A stretch of 63,230 nt of DNA, the filler included, from Phoronis australis (lineage: Eukaryota > Animalia > Phoronida): NCBI GenBank assembly GCA_002633005.1. It is 7 parts of 7 records of this genome, joined end to end, with 100 filler letters (N's around TTAATTAATTAA, not from the genome) between each part and the next. Parts side by side here need not be neighbours in the genome. Positions count along the whole stretch, not along the records: positions 1 to 30,167 come from NMRA01000324.1; positions 30,268 to 38,813 come from NMRA01001883.1; 5 more parts are not named here. One strand, given 5' to 3'. Position numbers and translations under genes: made by a program. Below, piece by piece: positions 27,096-38,913 of this stretch. The notes under the pieces are model-generated. The model saw nothing but the letters and a program-made list of their open reading frames with translations. It was not told the DNA's origin and did not search any database. How positions within the stretch are numbered: the first letter of the stretch is position 1; every line of letters begins with the position of its first letter.

Positions 27096-29264
27096 ACGTC
27101 ATTTATTTGCTGAAGGTTGAACAATGTTTGTTTCGCATAAGCTGCTGTAACCTTCACTCCAACGCCACTGCACTTTCTCTTTGCCAAATTCGTGTTTGCA
27201 CAGCATTCGGCTCCATACTCTATTATGATGAAAATAGCACCAAGATAGTTTGATTAAGGACTTTGTTCACTGCAGCTAAGCACGTGAAACGTACATTCAT
27301 GAAATCACCTGGGCATGTGAATTTGAGGTATGATAATAGACACAAATTGAATGCGTGTACCAACTTCGTGGTATTACCAGCATCACATTTGTGTGCGGTG
27401 GAATAACTGTAACAATCGGATTAAACAAAAATGAAATTCCACAAGGAAAAAAAATAGATGACAATAGCAAGTAATATTGTAAAGTATTGAATACGGCACA
27501 GCTTTTAAGGGATATTGTTATTTCCTAACTGAAGCATGTATCACCCTGGCAACTTCCCATGTCTACTACGTTAAACCGCTTAAAGCTGATTCTCTTTTCG
27601 TAGCTGTAGCCGTGCGAAGCACGGGTTCCAGGTAGTTACACTCAATTGACAAAAAACTCGGTGACCAAGCCCTTCACTTGACTTTTGCAATATACAGAAA
27701 AATAAGGGGACAGCAGTAAAAGTGATGACGCCATTAGTAACAACATCATTATTATTCTGGTGCTCCGGTGAAATATCTGATCTTTGTATAACACAGATGT
27801 AAGCAATATGCTACAGGGTACTTATGTGTTGTAACACCTGGATTCAGACCTTGTGCATGCACTGCGTCTGAATCTACAAACACTCCCTCTATCTTAGAGT
27901 TGAAGAGTCGCTGTACGCCATCTCTTTTTCTAAATGACACTAATTAGTCCTCAGACAGGAAACACTTGATCTACATGTAATTGCGTTCAATATAACATCA
28001 GGCTTATGGGAAAGTACACACGCTATTGAATATAGGAAATATTTTATTACACTATCAGTGATTTTTTGGAGTCTGTTGAGCAAGAACGCATCACGATCGC
28101 TTCCAGTGTTAAGGGATGTCATTCGTATCTCCTTAAGTAATCTCGGGTTGACTGTTGTCCACCCCCATGGAAAGGTAATTTTTTTGGTTAAACAAACACA
28201 CCACCACGTCGACAACCGGAATTAGCTGCACTAAACTTATTCACAGAGGAGTCGTTATGCAGTGTGGACATGTCAACGAACTTTTATTTGTAAAGTTAGC
28301 AATTTGACATCGTAGCATCTAGCCTAAGTCCTCGAATCACAGTTTTTCAAGTAATCCCGGATCCCAAATACCAATACCTATCTGTTTACAGAACCGAGCG
28401 TCCAAAGTTGCCACAAAGCCACTACTGAACTTGACGATCTTGCCAAATTCGATACATATATTGCAATTGTCTCAATTTCCAACAGCCCTCGGCCATCAAA
28501 CTTTTGCATGTACAGTTCTCTGAACGCGTCTAACTTTTGAATGCCTGGAAAATGTGTCCCTGTCTTTTATATAAGTGAATCGCGATCTTTCTTTTGTCCG
28601 TCACGTCTGTATAAACAGCAGCGAGGTTAACATTAGCCATGTTCGAATTGTGAATTTTCCCTCCCGAAGAAAAATTTGCATGATTGTCATTGAATATCGG
28701 CCCCTTCGTCGGGAGCCATATTGGTTTCTTAAAATTTTCACAACCGGCAATAGTAAAATGATCTCAGCTCCGCTAACACAGTCAACTCGTGACCGAAAAA
28801 CAAATGTCCATTAGAGGAAATTTAGCTCCTGGATCCTGGTACAATATAAGGTTCATTGCTGAACGAGAAAGCACGAGCATTTACTGTTAGAGAAAGCGCG
28901 AGCATAAATTAAATAAAGCTGACCCGTTTGGTTCAACATACATATACGTGTTCCATTTAAACAACTTTCAACCACTAATTGGCGAAATGACTATTTTTCC
29001 AATGACCACCAATGCTATTGTGTTCAACCTGTTTTCATGCAAACGTTATTGCGTATAACTCTGTTGGCGGATTTTCGCTCATCCCTCATGAAGCGAAAAA
29101 ACGTGTCATTTTGTCCGTTTTCCTCCGCCTAGTACAGCATACTCAACACCAAATGTCAGACAAAACTAAAGGCCACCACATGTGGATACTCTAATGAAGA
29201 CAACTATAGCTGAGCCACGGGCGTTCTAATTCAATTGTCATCTTTTCACAGCTTATACGCTAGA

Positions 29265-29500
29265 TGTCTGTTCAGCCACAGGCCTCCTCAGCTTCTGATC
29301 GTCTCCAATACAGCACACACAATACAAGGTATGACACTCGAGACAAAAAATTCCACGGGTGCTTTACTTCAGCAGTCCATATCAAACACGAAACTCGATA
29401 TAGTTTCACAAAACAGGGGTTCAACAACCCCTGAGCATTGTTTTTCTTTCTTCCGATAGCATTTACGGTTTTCTGCTACAAGTTCGCAACAAATTCGACA
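29265..29500. repeat. Dispersed repeat (copies at ~59025-59290 and, inverted, at ~59615-59730)
   Basis: TACAAGGTATGACACTCG.GAC.A.AAATTCCACGGGTGCTT.ACTTCAGCAGTCCATATCAAACAC is shared. Confidence 0.85.
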
Positions 29501-30167
29501 AGGCCAGGTAAGCAGATGTTACTTTGTTGGCGAAAGGTAAAAACTTATCATGCTCAAAAAGTACATGAGACCCAGTTAATGTTTCCCAAGAACTATATAA
29601 TTCAGGAAAGCCACAAAAATAAACAAATCTGAACTTAACTCTCGAGTAAATTTGAGGAAAACTGAAAAAAAAAATGTGAAGACAGTTTCTCCACTTTCTT
29701 GAAAACGTGATCAATATTTACAACTGTACCGCACGTAATTTGAAGCCTTGTTTTAATGCAAATAAATTCGTTTTGTAAAAACTGAAGTAGTGTTTAGACT
29801 TATATTCAGCGGGAACGTATTACGTTCTGGTCATACAAAGTTGAGAGTTTCGCATGCATCCCTTTTGAATCAATCAGTGTAAATTAGACGAGTTGAAAAT
29901 TCGTGTTCGAAACATTACTCTTGCGTTTGAAACACCCACGCAGGTTGTCCTTGCCTAGCAAAGTAACCACGGTTAGAATCTATTTCCCACTCTGAGGTTC
30001 CTCCACCCACATCAATACATCAGACAGTATTTCCCCAACCATCCTGACTGAGTTGGAATTGGCAAGTAACCGCCGTTACACGTATGACAGAAGGAAGCTG
30101 AATTCAAGCAAACTCCCGTTTAGTCAGTCCTTCAGGGGACATCGCTTTGCAAACGCTTATTGTAAGC

Positions 30168-30267
30168 NNNNNNNNNNNNNNNNNNNNNNNNNNNNNNNNN
30201 NNNNNNNNNNNTTAATTAATTAANNNNNNNNNNNNNNNNNNNNNNNNNNNNNNNNNNNNNNNNNNNN
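30168..30267. other. Artificial contig spacer (N44-TTAATTAATTAA-N44)
   Basis: 100-bp N block with a central palindromic linker carrying stops in all six frames. Confidence 0.95.
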
Positions 30268-32550
30268 CTTTATAGGGATCTCTTAAAAATTTCTTGTAGA
30301 ATTATACATACCCAGGTGGGCCTAACTGTTTCTGGTGACTGACGAACAATCTGATTATCCAACACGATAACAACAAAAAGGCGCTGCATGGGTTTTAAAA
30401 TATTTTTTCAGGGGGGCTCGACAATTGTGGCGAATGGAGATACCTAAAAATTATGGGGACCGAGGGTGTTGTAATGATTATCAATAATTCAGCTCTACAT
30501 ACTAGGGCCCCGAGAAACCTTTGTCTGGTATTATACCTTTACCGTCACAGCGCGCCACAAGTTTTAATGCACCATTAGCGCAGAGCGTTCCTGGCCAAAA
30601 ATAGTAAATGCGTTTTAAGGGACATTTTCGGCCTTCGAAAACTGCATGTGGGCATCTCCTAGAACTGTCAGTGTATCAGAGCTTTGATGATGCTAGCTAA
30701 CAATTAGTCATGCTTATGCCGATTGTGTACTTTTTGCACATTTGGGATGATCAGTAGGTGTTAATATTGGGAAATACCCGTATTTACTGGTTACTATATT
30801 GAGGAGTGGTCAGACACGATAAAAGCGGCCATTTAGGCAAAGAACGTCACTGTCCGGTATTTATGTACATACAACGAGCTATAAACACTTTGTAATCTGA
30901 CGTCACACGAGACAGTTGGTCACGAGTCGAATATACCAGGAGTCCTCTAAGGACAAGCGTATGATTACGACAGTCATAACCTCGTGCCTGGTCATGTTTT
31001 AGGACGAGCGTGTAGATAAATAAATGTGAGTCACCCAACACTAGTCTTCTTCGGTTTAACACACGGATAACGTAACTTGAAAACGTGCCAAAGTAATTAC
31101 AAGTTCACACAAGTCCGCCTTTCTTTACAGGAATAAATCAGTGGCAACTTCTACTTTCAATCAGAAACACACTCCCGAATATTAGTGTTGAATGATAGGG
31201 CACAAATTCAACTACTGACTTCGCATGTTATCAATCTGAAAAGGCCTGTCATAAAAACTCATTCTCAGGTCAGTGGCCGCAGTAATATCTTGAGGAAATG
31301 CCCATCGAATGCGACACCGTCCACGAGATTCTTATTCAGACACAACACTTCACTTGGTCCAGCTTTCACAATCCTACTGACAACTGTCTTAGTGTGACGA
31401 GACCTCAACTATGTCTACTAGCGATCATATAGTGTCAAGTAGTAGCACTGTGTATCCCATCACATTGGTTATAAATGGACACTCCTTTCTCATATATTAG
31501 CCACAAGCAAATCCTGAAAATAACTAAAAAGCTTACTGCGGGCTCGTCGAGGGTGGGGGTCCACTTGCTTCTCTACCTTGTAGAGCTGGGCTGACAACGC
31601 CATGTAAATACACTATGTCATCAATAGTGCAGGATAATGAATAGAAATTAAAAAATGCATGCCAGGTAGGAAATGAGAGGAAATACACGGTCATATTAAG
31701 AATATATTTGCAAACAAAATTTGCACTTTCCAGCAATGTAATTGACAGTACAAAATACTCATTACAGATGGCATAGGCGTAATTGCTTTACATTAAACTA
31801 TTTACAAAATATCACACGTTTCACGCACAGCACTGGTGCTTCAAGTTCCATTAAACAATGCCATTCCCCAGTCATAACGCCCACCCATGGCAAAGAATGT
31901 AAAGGTACACCTAAACATGGTAGAGTCAGAGCTAAATGAACTATTCGCACAAACAGGCTGTAAATCACCAACAAATAAATTGTTCCCAATTTTCAACATG
32001 AACAAAAGATACACTTTGTGTACCTCTCCCCACCAGAAAGTGCATCTGAGAATACCACTGGACAGCCAGGAACACTGACTCTACTCTCTGCCAATGAATG
32101 CAGGGATACACCAGACGTGCAAAGCCACACCTATACATGTAAACCATGGTAGATTAGTACACAAGGCCCATCGCTGATATGTTTACAGTGTCAAAGTAAC
32201 CAGTGATGAAAGCATTGTATTTCTTCGCCTAATTACGTAGGCTTTATTAGACAGTTGGAAAAAACTCACTGATTGCAAACCCAGGATCTCCCGAATACTA
32301 GCAGGGCACTATCACCATGTTGGGACCAGGTGATATATTCCATTTAAACATGGCATGGCTGCCCAGTGTAGTCACTCAGGAATGGTAGACAATGCTAAGT
32401 GCAGTATACATAACCTGAGGGGTAATTTGTCAACAGTGCCAAAGTATCTGATGACAAAAATTCACTCACGTATGCAGGACTTCCTAAAACCACTTTAATG
32501 TGATGCATTAACATAAGTTCTATCTATTGGTCTAATTACAAAATCCTATA

Positions 32551-32621
32551 GCCGGTGGTTTAGTGGTTAAAGTACTGGAATATCAACTGAAAGGTCCCAG
32601 GTTCAAACCCTGTTGTGCCCC
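32551..32621 (+). repeat. tRNA-derived SINE head or tRNA pseudogene
   Basis: A box TGGTTTAGTGG and B box GGTTCAAACCC at tRNA-like spacing; acceptor and anticodon stems do not pair cleanly. Confidence 0.55.
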
Positions 32622-33820
32622 AAGAGAATACAAGTGCTCACCATGAATGCACGGATATCCCTGCTTGTTCTTATAAGAACCAGTGACATCTAAAGATGGC
32701 TGAAATAGTGACTGATTGGAACGTGCCACAGTAAATAGGGTAGAGTTTGGGGATAAATAGATTCTAGATAATACTGCTTATGTTTAAGTTGCCACAGCTT
32801 ACAGGTGAAAGTTTAAATTCCAAGTATTTTGAATGACAAAAAAATGGAAAGTCATTTTTTCTGTCGCGCACACACCGAAATCAAAATAGCTGCATCAGCC
32901 ACAATTTTTGACACCCCCTCCCCAAGAGTTTGGTATGTTCACTCCTGGTCTGTGCTCCAACAGACTAGCTAAGGCAATATATCCCAGCAGTTTTGGTATT
33001 TCTATTCAAACGCTGCTACTCAGATCCAGATACATAGGTAAGCGACAAAATCGTGAAAATCTTTGTTGAATTTAAGACTGCAAATGACAGTGAATGCAAA
33101 GTGAGAATGAAACAAAGCAACACTATGTGATTGACGAAAAAGTCATTTAGGGGTTTCAAGATGATTCAACTACATTCAGCGGATAACTATTGACTACCGA
33201 AGCTTGTTCTGCAGCTTAGAGAATAACACACAGAACGGAATGTCCTAGTAAAATGGGTTAAAAATTTCACTACAAAGCTTGAGCCCTCGAATAGGAGATA
33301 TTCAATACACGAATCCTAAGCAAAGGACAAACTTTGAACAAAAATTTATACAAATAAAAATCCTGAACATTACAAAAACAAAATTTAAACAAATATGACA
33401 TGAGACTCAATTTCAAAAAGCTATTCAAACATTCAAAAAGTGCCAATGAATTCGTAAGAGATTTATTTGTTTATGTTGGATGCAGGTGAAATGTCACCAA
33501 CAGTTTTCCATAAGGCAACACTAGCAAGACCATAGAGTGTGTGGATACAACATTACGAAGGCAAGAAGCGAAGATCTGCAACAAACTGCGAGTACTGCAG
33601 TTATAAGAGAACAGTGCCAGTCAAATACATAGCAAATTGTACATAAATACGTATCACAAATAATGCTGCGCAGCAGTTTGATAGCCCCACCTAGGAGTGA
33701 ATGCATTACAAAGCTCATGCACCCAGAATTTTGTGATTTAAGGAGCACAAGTCTAAGCACATGTTACCAGCTACGCTTGCACCTGATCTTATCATAAGTT
33801 ATATCTTTGCCTACAAGTGG

Positions 33821-33953
33821 TCAGTCTAGCGTGCCCATGAGTAGCTGCAACTCTCTGAAGGTACTACCCAGCTTGCCAGACGTATTCTGTTTACCATCCA
33901 GTGTCTTGCGCACCTCCATTAGACTGTTATAGATCAGACTGCACTTTCGATAC
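33821..33953 (-). CDS. KATNB1: Katanin p80 subunit, terminal coding exon
   Basis: TTGTTTAG|G acceptor; YRKCSLIYNSL...SGKLGSTFRELQLLMGTLD*, matching the con80 C-terminus. Confidence 0.9.
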
Positions 33954-34512
33954 CTAAACAATACAAGTTGCGCAACGTTAGACATTTTGAGTAAAGAAAT
34001 TACGACAAGTTTGCTTTTATGTTTTCCGTTCTGTGTAGCACATTTTATGAAGCACACTGCCTTTCAGAAACAAAAGCAATGCAAAGTATTGAAATGTGTT
34101 CACAACTGCACCCCAAACAGAATGTTTCTAGGGAGTTATGTTTATCACTTTCATGTAATGCAATGAAAGCCTATCTTCAACAGTAACACTTATAAATTTG
34201 GTTCCTACAGTATGCATCCCTCTGAGCCTACTTGCGCCATAAATTGCCAAATGTAACCAACTGTTAGGTGAATTGGCTGGCTTTTATCTACGTCACCGCG
34301 AGAATCACCCTTTCATTCAAACAGCTGTGAATAACACCCGCAAGCAATGGTGTTCTATTCTGACCCTTATTCAATAGAGCCTTTTGTTGTTTGTGAACGG
34401 ATCTCGCAGTGACGCAACATAGCTCGAAAAGGCAGCTTCACTTATCATTTGACGAGCTTAAATTTGCATGATTGAACTCGCGTTTTCTTTTTTCCTACGT
34501 TTTTGCTAGGAC

Positions 34513-35049
34513 CAGGGCTTGGAATGACCAATGACAAAAAACGCGGAAACTTTTACGGCCCAATTCATGCCCGATAACCAGCCTTTGAAATGGTCAATGT
34601 GAACCTTTCCGCGACAAAAATCGGGACTAAAAAAAAAAAAAACGTTACCACCATCAGTAGCATGCATCTGTGTCCTTTTCGCTNCCACCATCAGTAGCAT
34701 GCATCTGTGTCCTTTTCGCTTGCCTGTTCACTCCCAACCCACACAAATTTGGCTGCAGAGCGGTAGTATTTGTCGACGCGCTTAACAATAATACGAGCCG
34801 CCATTGAAAATCACACCACGCTTTACCCAGATGCCCCGGCAATGTTGACAATTTACGTTCCTCCGAAACATAAAGAGCAACTTCCGCTTTCCGAGGTGAA
34901 CGTCGTCTGCAACGCCGCCGTAAGAAAGGAATTTGCCGCGGAAATTTCATATCAAATCCGATTTTTTTACGCGGAAATATTATAAAAAAGCGGAAAGCAC
35001 ATTTCAAAAAAGCGGAAATCCGCATTTCCGCGGAAAATTCCAAGCCCTG
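34513..35049. mobile_element. MITE with 13-bp TIRs and a 6-bp TSD in the last KATNB1 intron
   Basis: CAGGGCTTGGAAT ... ATTCCAAGCCCTG, flanked on both sides by TAGGAC; several subterminal GCGGAA motifs. Confidence 0.8.
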
Positions 35050-35880
35050 TAGGACTATCTTTTTAGCCCAATACATCTAAAATAATAAAATTCTGTTGAA
35101 GTTAGGCTTTAAGACTAATTAGGCCACTACGGTATGAACTGAACTAATGTTTATGCATCCCAGCCACACACCTCTGCTGTCAAGGACCAATAAAAATATC
35201 TGTCAAGCATTTTTGGTAACCAATACCTTGTTAAAAACTTGAACGTGCAACAGGGTAGTCGAATTCTTGTGAAAACTGACAAGTGCCAGTGTATCCCAGG
35301 CACAAACCCTAACTGTGACCTTAATAATGAGGTCGATTTTGCCAAAATTAACTGTTGCCTTAAGAATCTCAAACACACCTTGGTACAATATATGAAGAAC
35401 ATGTAAAATGTCCTTCTTGATATATTGTGCCAACATTTTCCAAGTGGAATTCTCAAAACTATTTCACTTCTATTTAGCCAGCAATGTTGAATTATTAAGC
35501 CAAATGCTTCAAACAATCTCAGTTATCTGATCTTGAATTATCGCCGCATGAGCCCGCAAATCAAGTCACAGGCAATGTATACATGCACTATTTTCGAATC
35601 CACAATTTTAGGGTACTACTACTCTACAGTGTTTCCTCGAGTCGTTGATGATTTCGAGTTAACTTTGGTAACGCAAACGGAGTGCATCATGCAAAGCTCC
35701 CTTCTTGAGATATCCACCAACAATTTTTTTGCAAATCGAATTTTTCGGAATTCTTACATTATTTTTTGATAATGACATCAAGGCCACCAAAATCACCTTG
35801 TCCAACTGCATTCTTCGAATTGCGTTATCAATAAAAGGGAAATAAATTTTATTTAAAAGATGGACATTTCTTGTACATAC

Positions 35881-35997
35881 CTTTCTTCTCTAGAAATATC
35901 CACCCCAACACCAGGTGGAGCAGCTATATTTGTCTTGATGACTGGACCAAAACTTTTTAAGATCAATTTGAGGCAACTGCAGGAAACTTGGACATAG
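35881..35997 (-). CDS. KATNB1: Katanin p80 exon
   Basis: AG/GT-bounded 117-bp exon: [38 protein letters not shown](R). Confidence 0.92.
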
Positions 35998-36193
35998 CTG
36001 GAACAACAGAGTACAGCTGGTTGCATATTAAATCATGCACATTTTGATAAGTGTAAATTTATTCTCGCATTACGTTTTGGATATAGTTTAACGAGGAATA
36101 TCATGATGAAAACAAAATTATTCATGGTTACAAATCCATTGCTTCTATATATTAATATCACAAAAAGTAGAGTTTTAACTTAGAAATACTTAC

Positions 36194-36268
36194 TTCTCAT
36201 ATTTACTGTTAAATAACCCTTTCAGCTGGGGTATAATCACAGATGTAACATCTAAATTCCACAAATTT
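36194..36268 (-). CDS. KATNB1: Katanin p80 exon
   Basis: 75-bp exon: NLWNLDVTSVIIPQLKGLFNSKYE; phases match the neighbouring exons. Confidence 0.92.
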
Positions 36269-36884
36269 CTGTAACACATAACAGAATACATATAATGATG
36301 AATAATCGTTTTAAGGTGGATATAAACTTGGATTCCACGGCGATCTTTTGGCTAAATAGACCACCTACTGCTATAAAATTGGTCTCAACTTGCTCCTAAC
36401 TCCGGCGAGAAGACAAGTTACTTCTGGGCTTGCAAAGATCGGACAGTTTGTTTGTTATTCCATGAGACCATGCTGATGCATGAAATAACCTGCCATTACT
36501 AACCACTTGTAGAGCTTGGTCTTGACCAATAACAAACTGCGAGTTCCTTCCAACACTTGAAATCATCTCCAGCTGGACTAAAAAGCAATCTGAGACCAAT
36601 TTCATACAGAATGTGGTCTAAATCAAAAAGTGTTTTTTGTCATGAAAGGAAGGTTTAGAGGTTCAAAATACAATTACACGAAAGCATGAAATTCATTTAT
36701 ACCGACAAAAGAAACATTATTTAACAATCCCGAAATATTTTCTTACATTTACCAGTCACAGTTCTTAATAGTTCTATGCACTAAGACGTGACAAGAACAC
36801 ATGAAGATATGTCATTGAATGAAATGGCCGATCCCTTTGAGTGACGGTGCGGAGGTAAAACGGATGCAAAACAAGAGTACTTAC

Positions 36885-36961
36885 GGCTTGAGAATCATAA
36901 CATTGAGCAAATCTACCAACACAGCTTGGTCATTCATTCCAATAGCTTTGTCCAGAGCAAT
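36885..36961 (-). CDS. KATNB1: Katanin p80 exon
   Basis: 77-bp exon TTTCAG|...|GTAAGT: IALDKAIGMNDQAVLVDLLNVMILK(P). Confidence 0.92.
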
Positions 36962-37600
36962 CTGAAATGAAGTAACAGGAGTAAGCAACAGCAACTCAGC
37001 AAACATCACCAACACAACTGATTAGAATCTTGCAGCTGATCAAAACCTTTCGTCATTGGTTATTTACTACAGAGCATTATAAAATTCCATATCAACTATT
37101 ACACGGCGTTCACAAAAGGGGTAAGCATCAATAGTCTACATAACAAAAATTCAAACTCGACTGGAATTACAAAATTCATGTACGCGTTCGAAAATCCATG
37201 CCCATACTGTGGACAATTTGTGTGCTAAAATTCGTGGAATAAATGCACCGAGCTGATACAAAAAAATCCAAAATATTGTAATTTGCTTAAAAAATAACTA
37301 CTCTCCTGATATTTGAAATTCGTTGCATAGGTTTTCAAACTTGACTCAAGCCAAATTCGTCATAACAATATTCAAACTCAATGCAGTGACGAGTCGAAGC
37401 ACCTGGTGGTGAACAATGAGCATGCATAAGAAGGTCAAGTGCAACAAATGCTAGGAAGTGCTGACACCTAGGGGAGAAAAAGTGCTTTGTAGCCACAACT
37501 TAAAAATACATCTATGGTTCACCCCACATACAGCAAGACTATGGTATCTAACCAAGTGAACGGTCAATTTTAAAACATTGTAATGAGCTGCTGACATTAC

Positions 37601-37768
37601 CTTTATATTTCCAGACGTCCACGATGCGCGGACATCCTGTAGATTATTATGCCTACTCCTCAACACAGAGTTCATACTGCTATGACCTTTAGTGATGGCC
37701 GTGTATGCCTCGGACTCAGACATAATTGGTGGAGTCTTCTGTTGTCCAATGGCTGGGGCAGCTTGTTT
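37601..37768 (-). CDS. KATNB1: Katanin p80 exon (start of con80 domain)
   Basis: 168-bp phase-0 exon: KQAAP...AITKGHSSMNSVLRSRHNNLQDVRASWTSGNIK. Confidence 0.92.
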
Positions 37769-38274
37769 CTGCAACATCACATATAGTACAGGAAGGAATA
37801 CAGACCGATTACACTAGAAGTTGTCCTCAGCGCATAATTTGCTGAGACAAATAAGAAGATACTGTCAAAATACAATTGAAAATATCTTCAACGTTTTTAC
37901 ATCAAGAATGCGTTTATACAATGATTTCTAATAAAGACAACAGTTGCCCCTCTACACAACTTACGATGAAAGACAAGTGTCACATTTTAGGAACATATTC
38001 TTCAGTAATATCAATAGCAAGATGCCAACACTACACCGGTCACTACATCCCCCACGTACAACCACACAAACATTGTAATGATATACTCTTCCAATGCTTA
38101 GCTGAATGCATTCCCTCACAAGCATTACAGAGTGAATTCTGCAAATCATTTTAACATTCACAGACTTGGGCATATAAGCTCATCAGTCCAGGATCTCTGA
38201 CTGTGTCAGCAGCAGTCAATGACTTGTCAACCCATATTTGTTGGCTCGACATAAAGCCAGCTCTCTATACTTAC

Positions 38275-38369
38275 AGGCAGGAAGTCTGAGGCAGTGATAC
38301 CAGCTGGCTTGTCCCTGCTGGAAGGTACTACAGTGGCAGTAGACTTCACCTGCGGTGTGGGAGCAGGCT
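38275..38369 (-). CDS. KATNB1: Katanin p80 exon (linker region)
   Basis: ...VVPSSRDKPAGITASDFLP|GTAAGT, resembling the conserved P.GL.ASDFLP motif. The acceptor could instead be at ~38350. Confidence 0.8.
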
Positions 38370-38813
38370 CTGGAAGGGAGCGGATAGCGCCAATACAGTA
38401 TGGGGAATAGATGGATGGAGAGCCACACAGGGACCCATTGATCAGAATCAATTCACACAGAAGGGGCCAGGAAAATGCCACCTTCCTTAATCGTTAATCC
38501 AAAAATCAAATCCCTTCCCAGGAGTGCTTGTGACTGTCAGTGATCCACTGGATCATTTTCTTACAATCTCCGTTTACACAACCAAAAGTAAGTTTCTCAT
38601 CAGATCTGACTGTTTATTAAAATGTAAAACGTTTCGATAAAACTTTTCTTGCAAGACCACATGCATCATCTGCTACTTTCATCTCATTATTAGTGAACAT
38701 TCTTACTAAGGGCTGTTCCAGCAAAATCTGTGTGGGAGGGGGGGGAAGGCAACTGAAATAAAAATTTATGGGTGGTTGCGTTTGATTTAAATTCAAAATG
38801 GCTGGTGGTCGTA

Positions 38814-38913
38814 NNNNNNNNNNNNNNNNNNNNNNNNNNNNNNNNNNNNNNNNNNNNTTAATTAATTAANNNNNNNNNNNNNNNNNNNNNNNNNNNNNNN
38901 NNNNNNNNNNNNN
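38814..38913. other. Artificial contig spacer
   Basis: N44-TTAATTAATTAA-N44. Confidence 0.95.

Larger units (their letters stand above)
20800..29100 (-). pseudogene. Heavily decayed plexin-like relic, copy A (sema end, PSI, IPT/TIG, cytoplasmic GAP/RBD-like pieces)
   Basis: Colinear minus-strand fragments: NLAAVYTDVTDKRKIAI..GHIFQ (~28600, sema end); DNCNICIE and NAITCRSSVSC (PSI); SGPYPTLSVGGSNL (~25920) and KSGPK (IPT); CKINDILVMRCT and FGFHV (IPT); CLFFEHDSELPVMSSL and KQISVFYSLL..SFLRAL (start of cytoplasmic domain); LRSWRD..NSSTEMEEIDGVKW (RBD-like). Many stops and frameshifts. Confidence 0.45.

Noticed and set aside
32551-32621. Functional tRNA gene
   Set aside because: A and B boxes are present, but I could not fold a convincing cloverleaf or assign an anticodon.
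34648-34720. Exact 36-bp direct repeat around the N at 34684
   Set aside because: Looks like an unmerged contig overlap, not a biological repeat.
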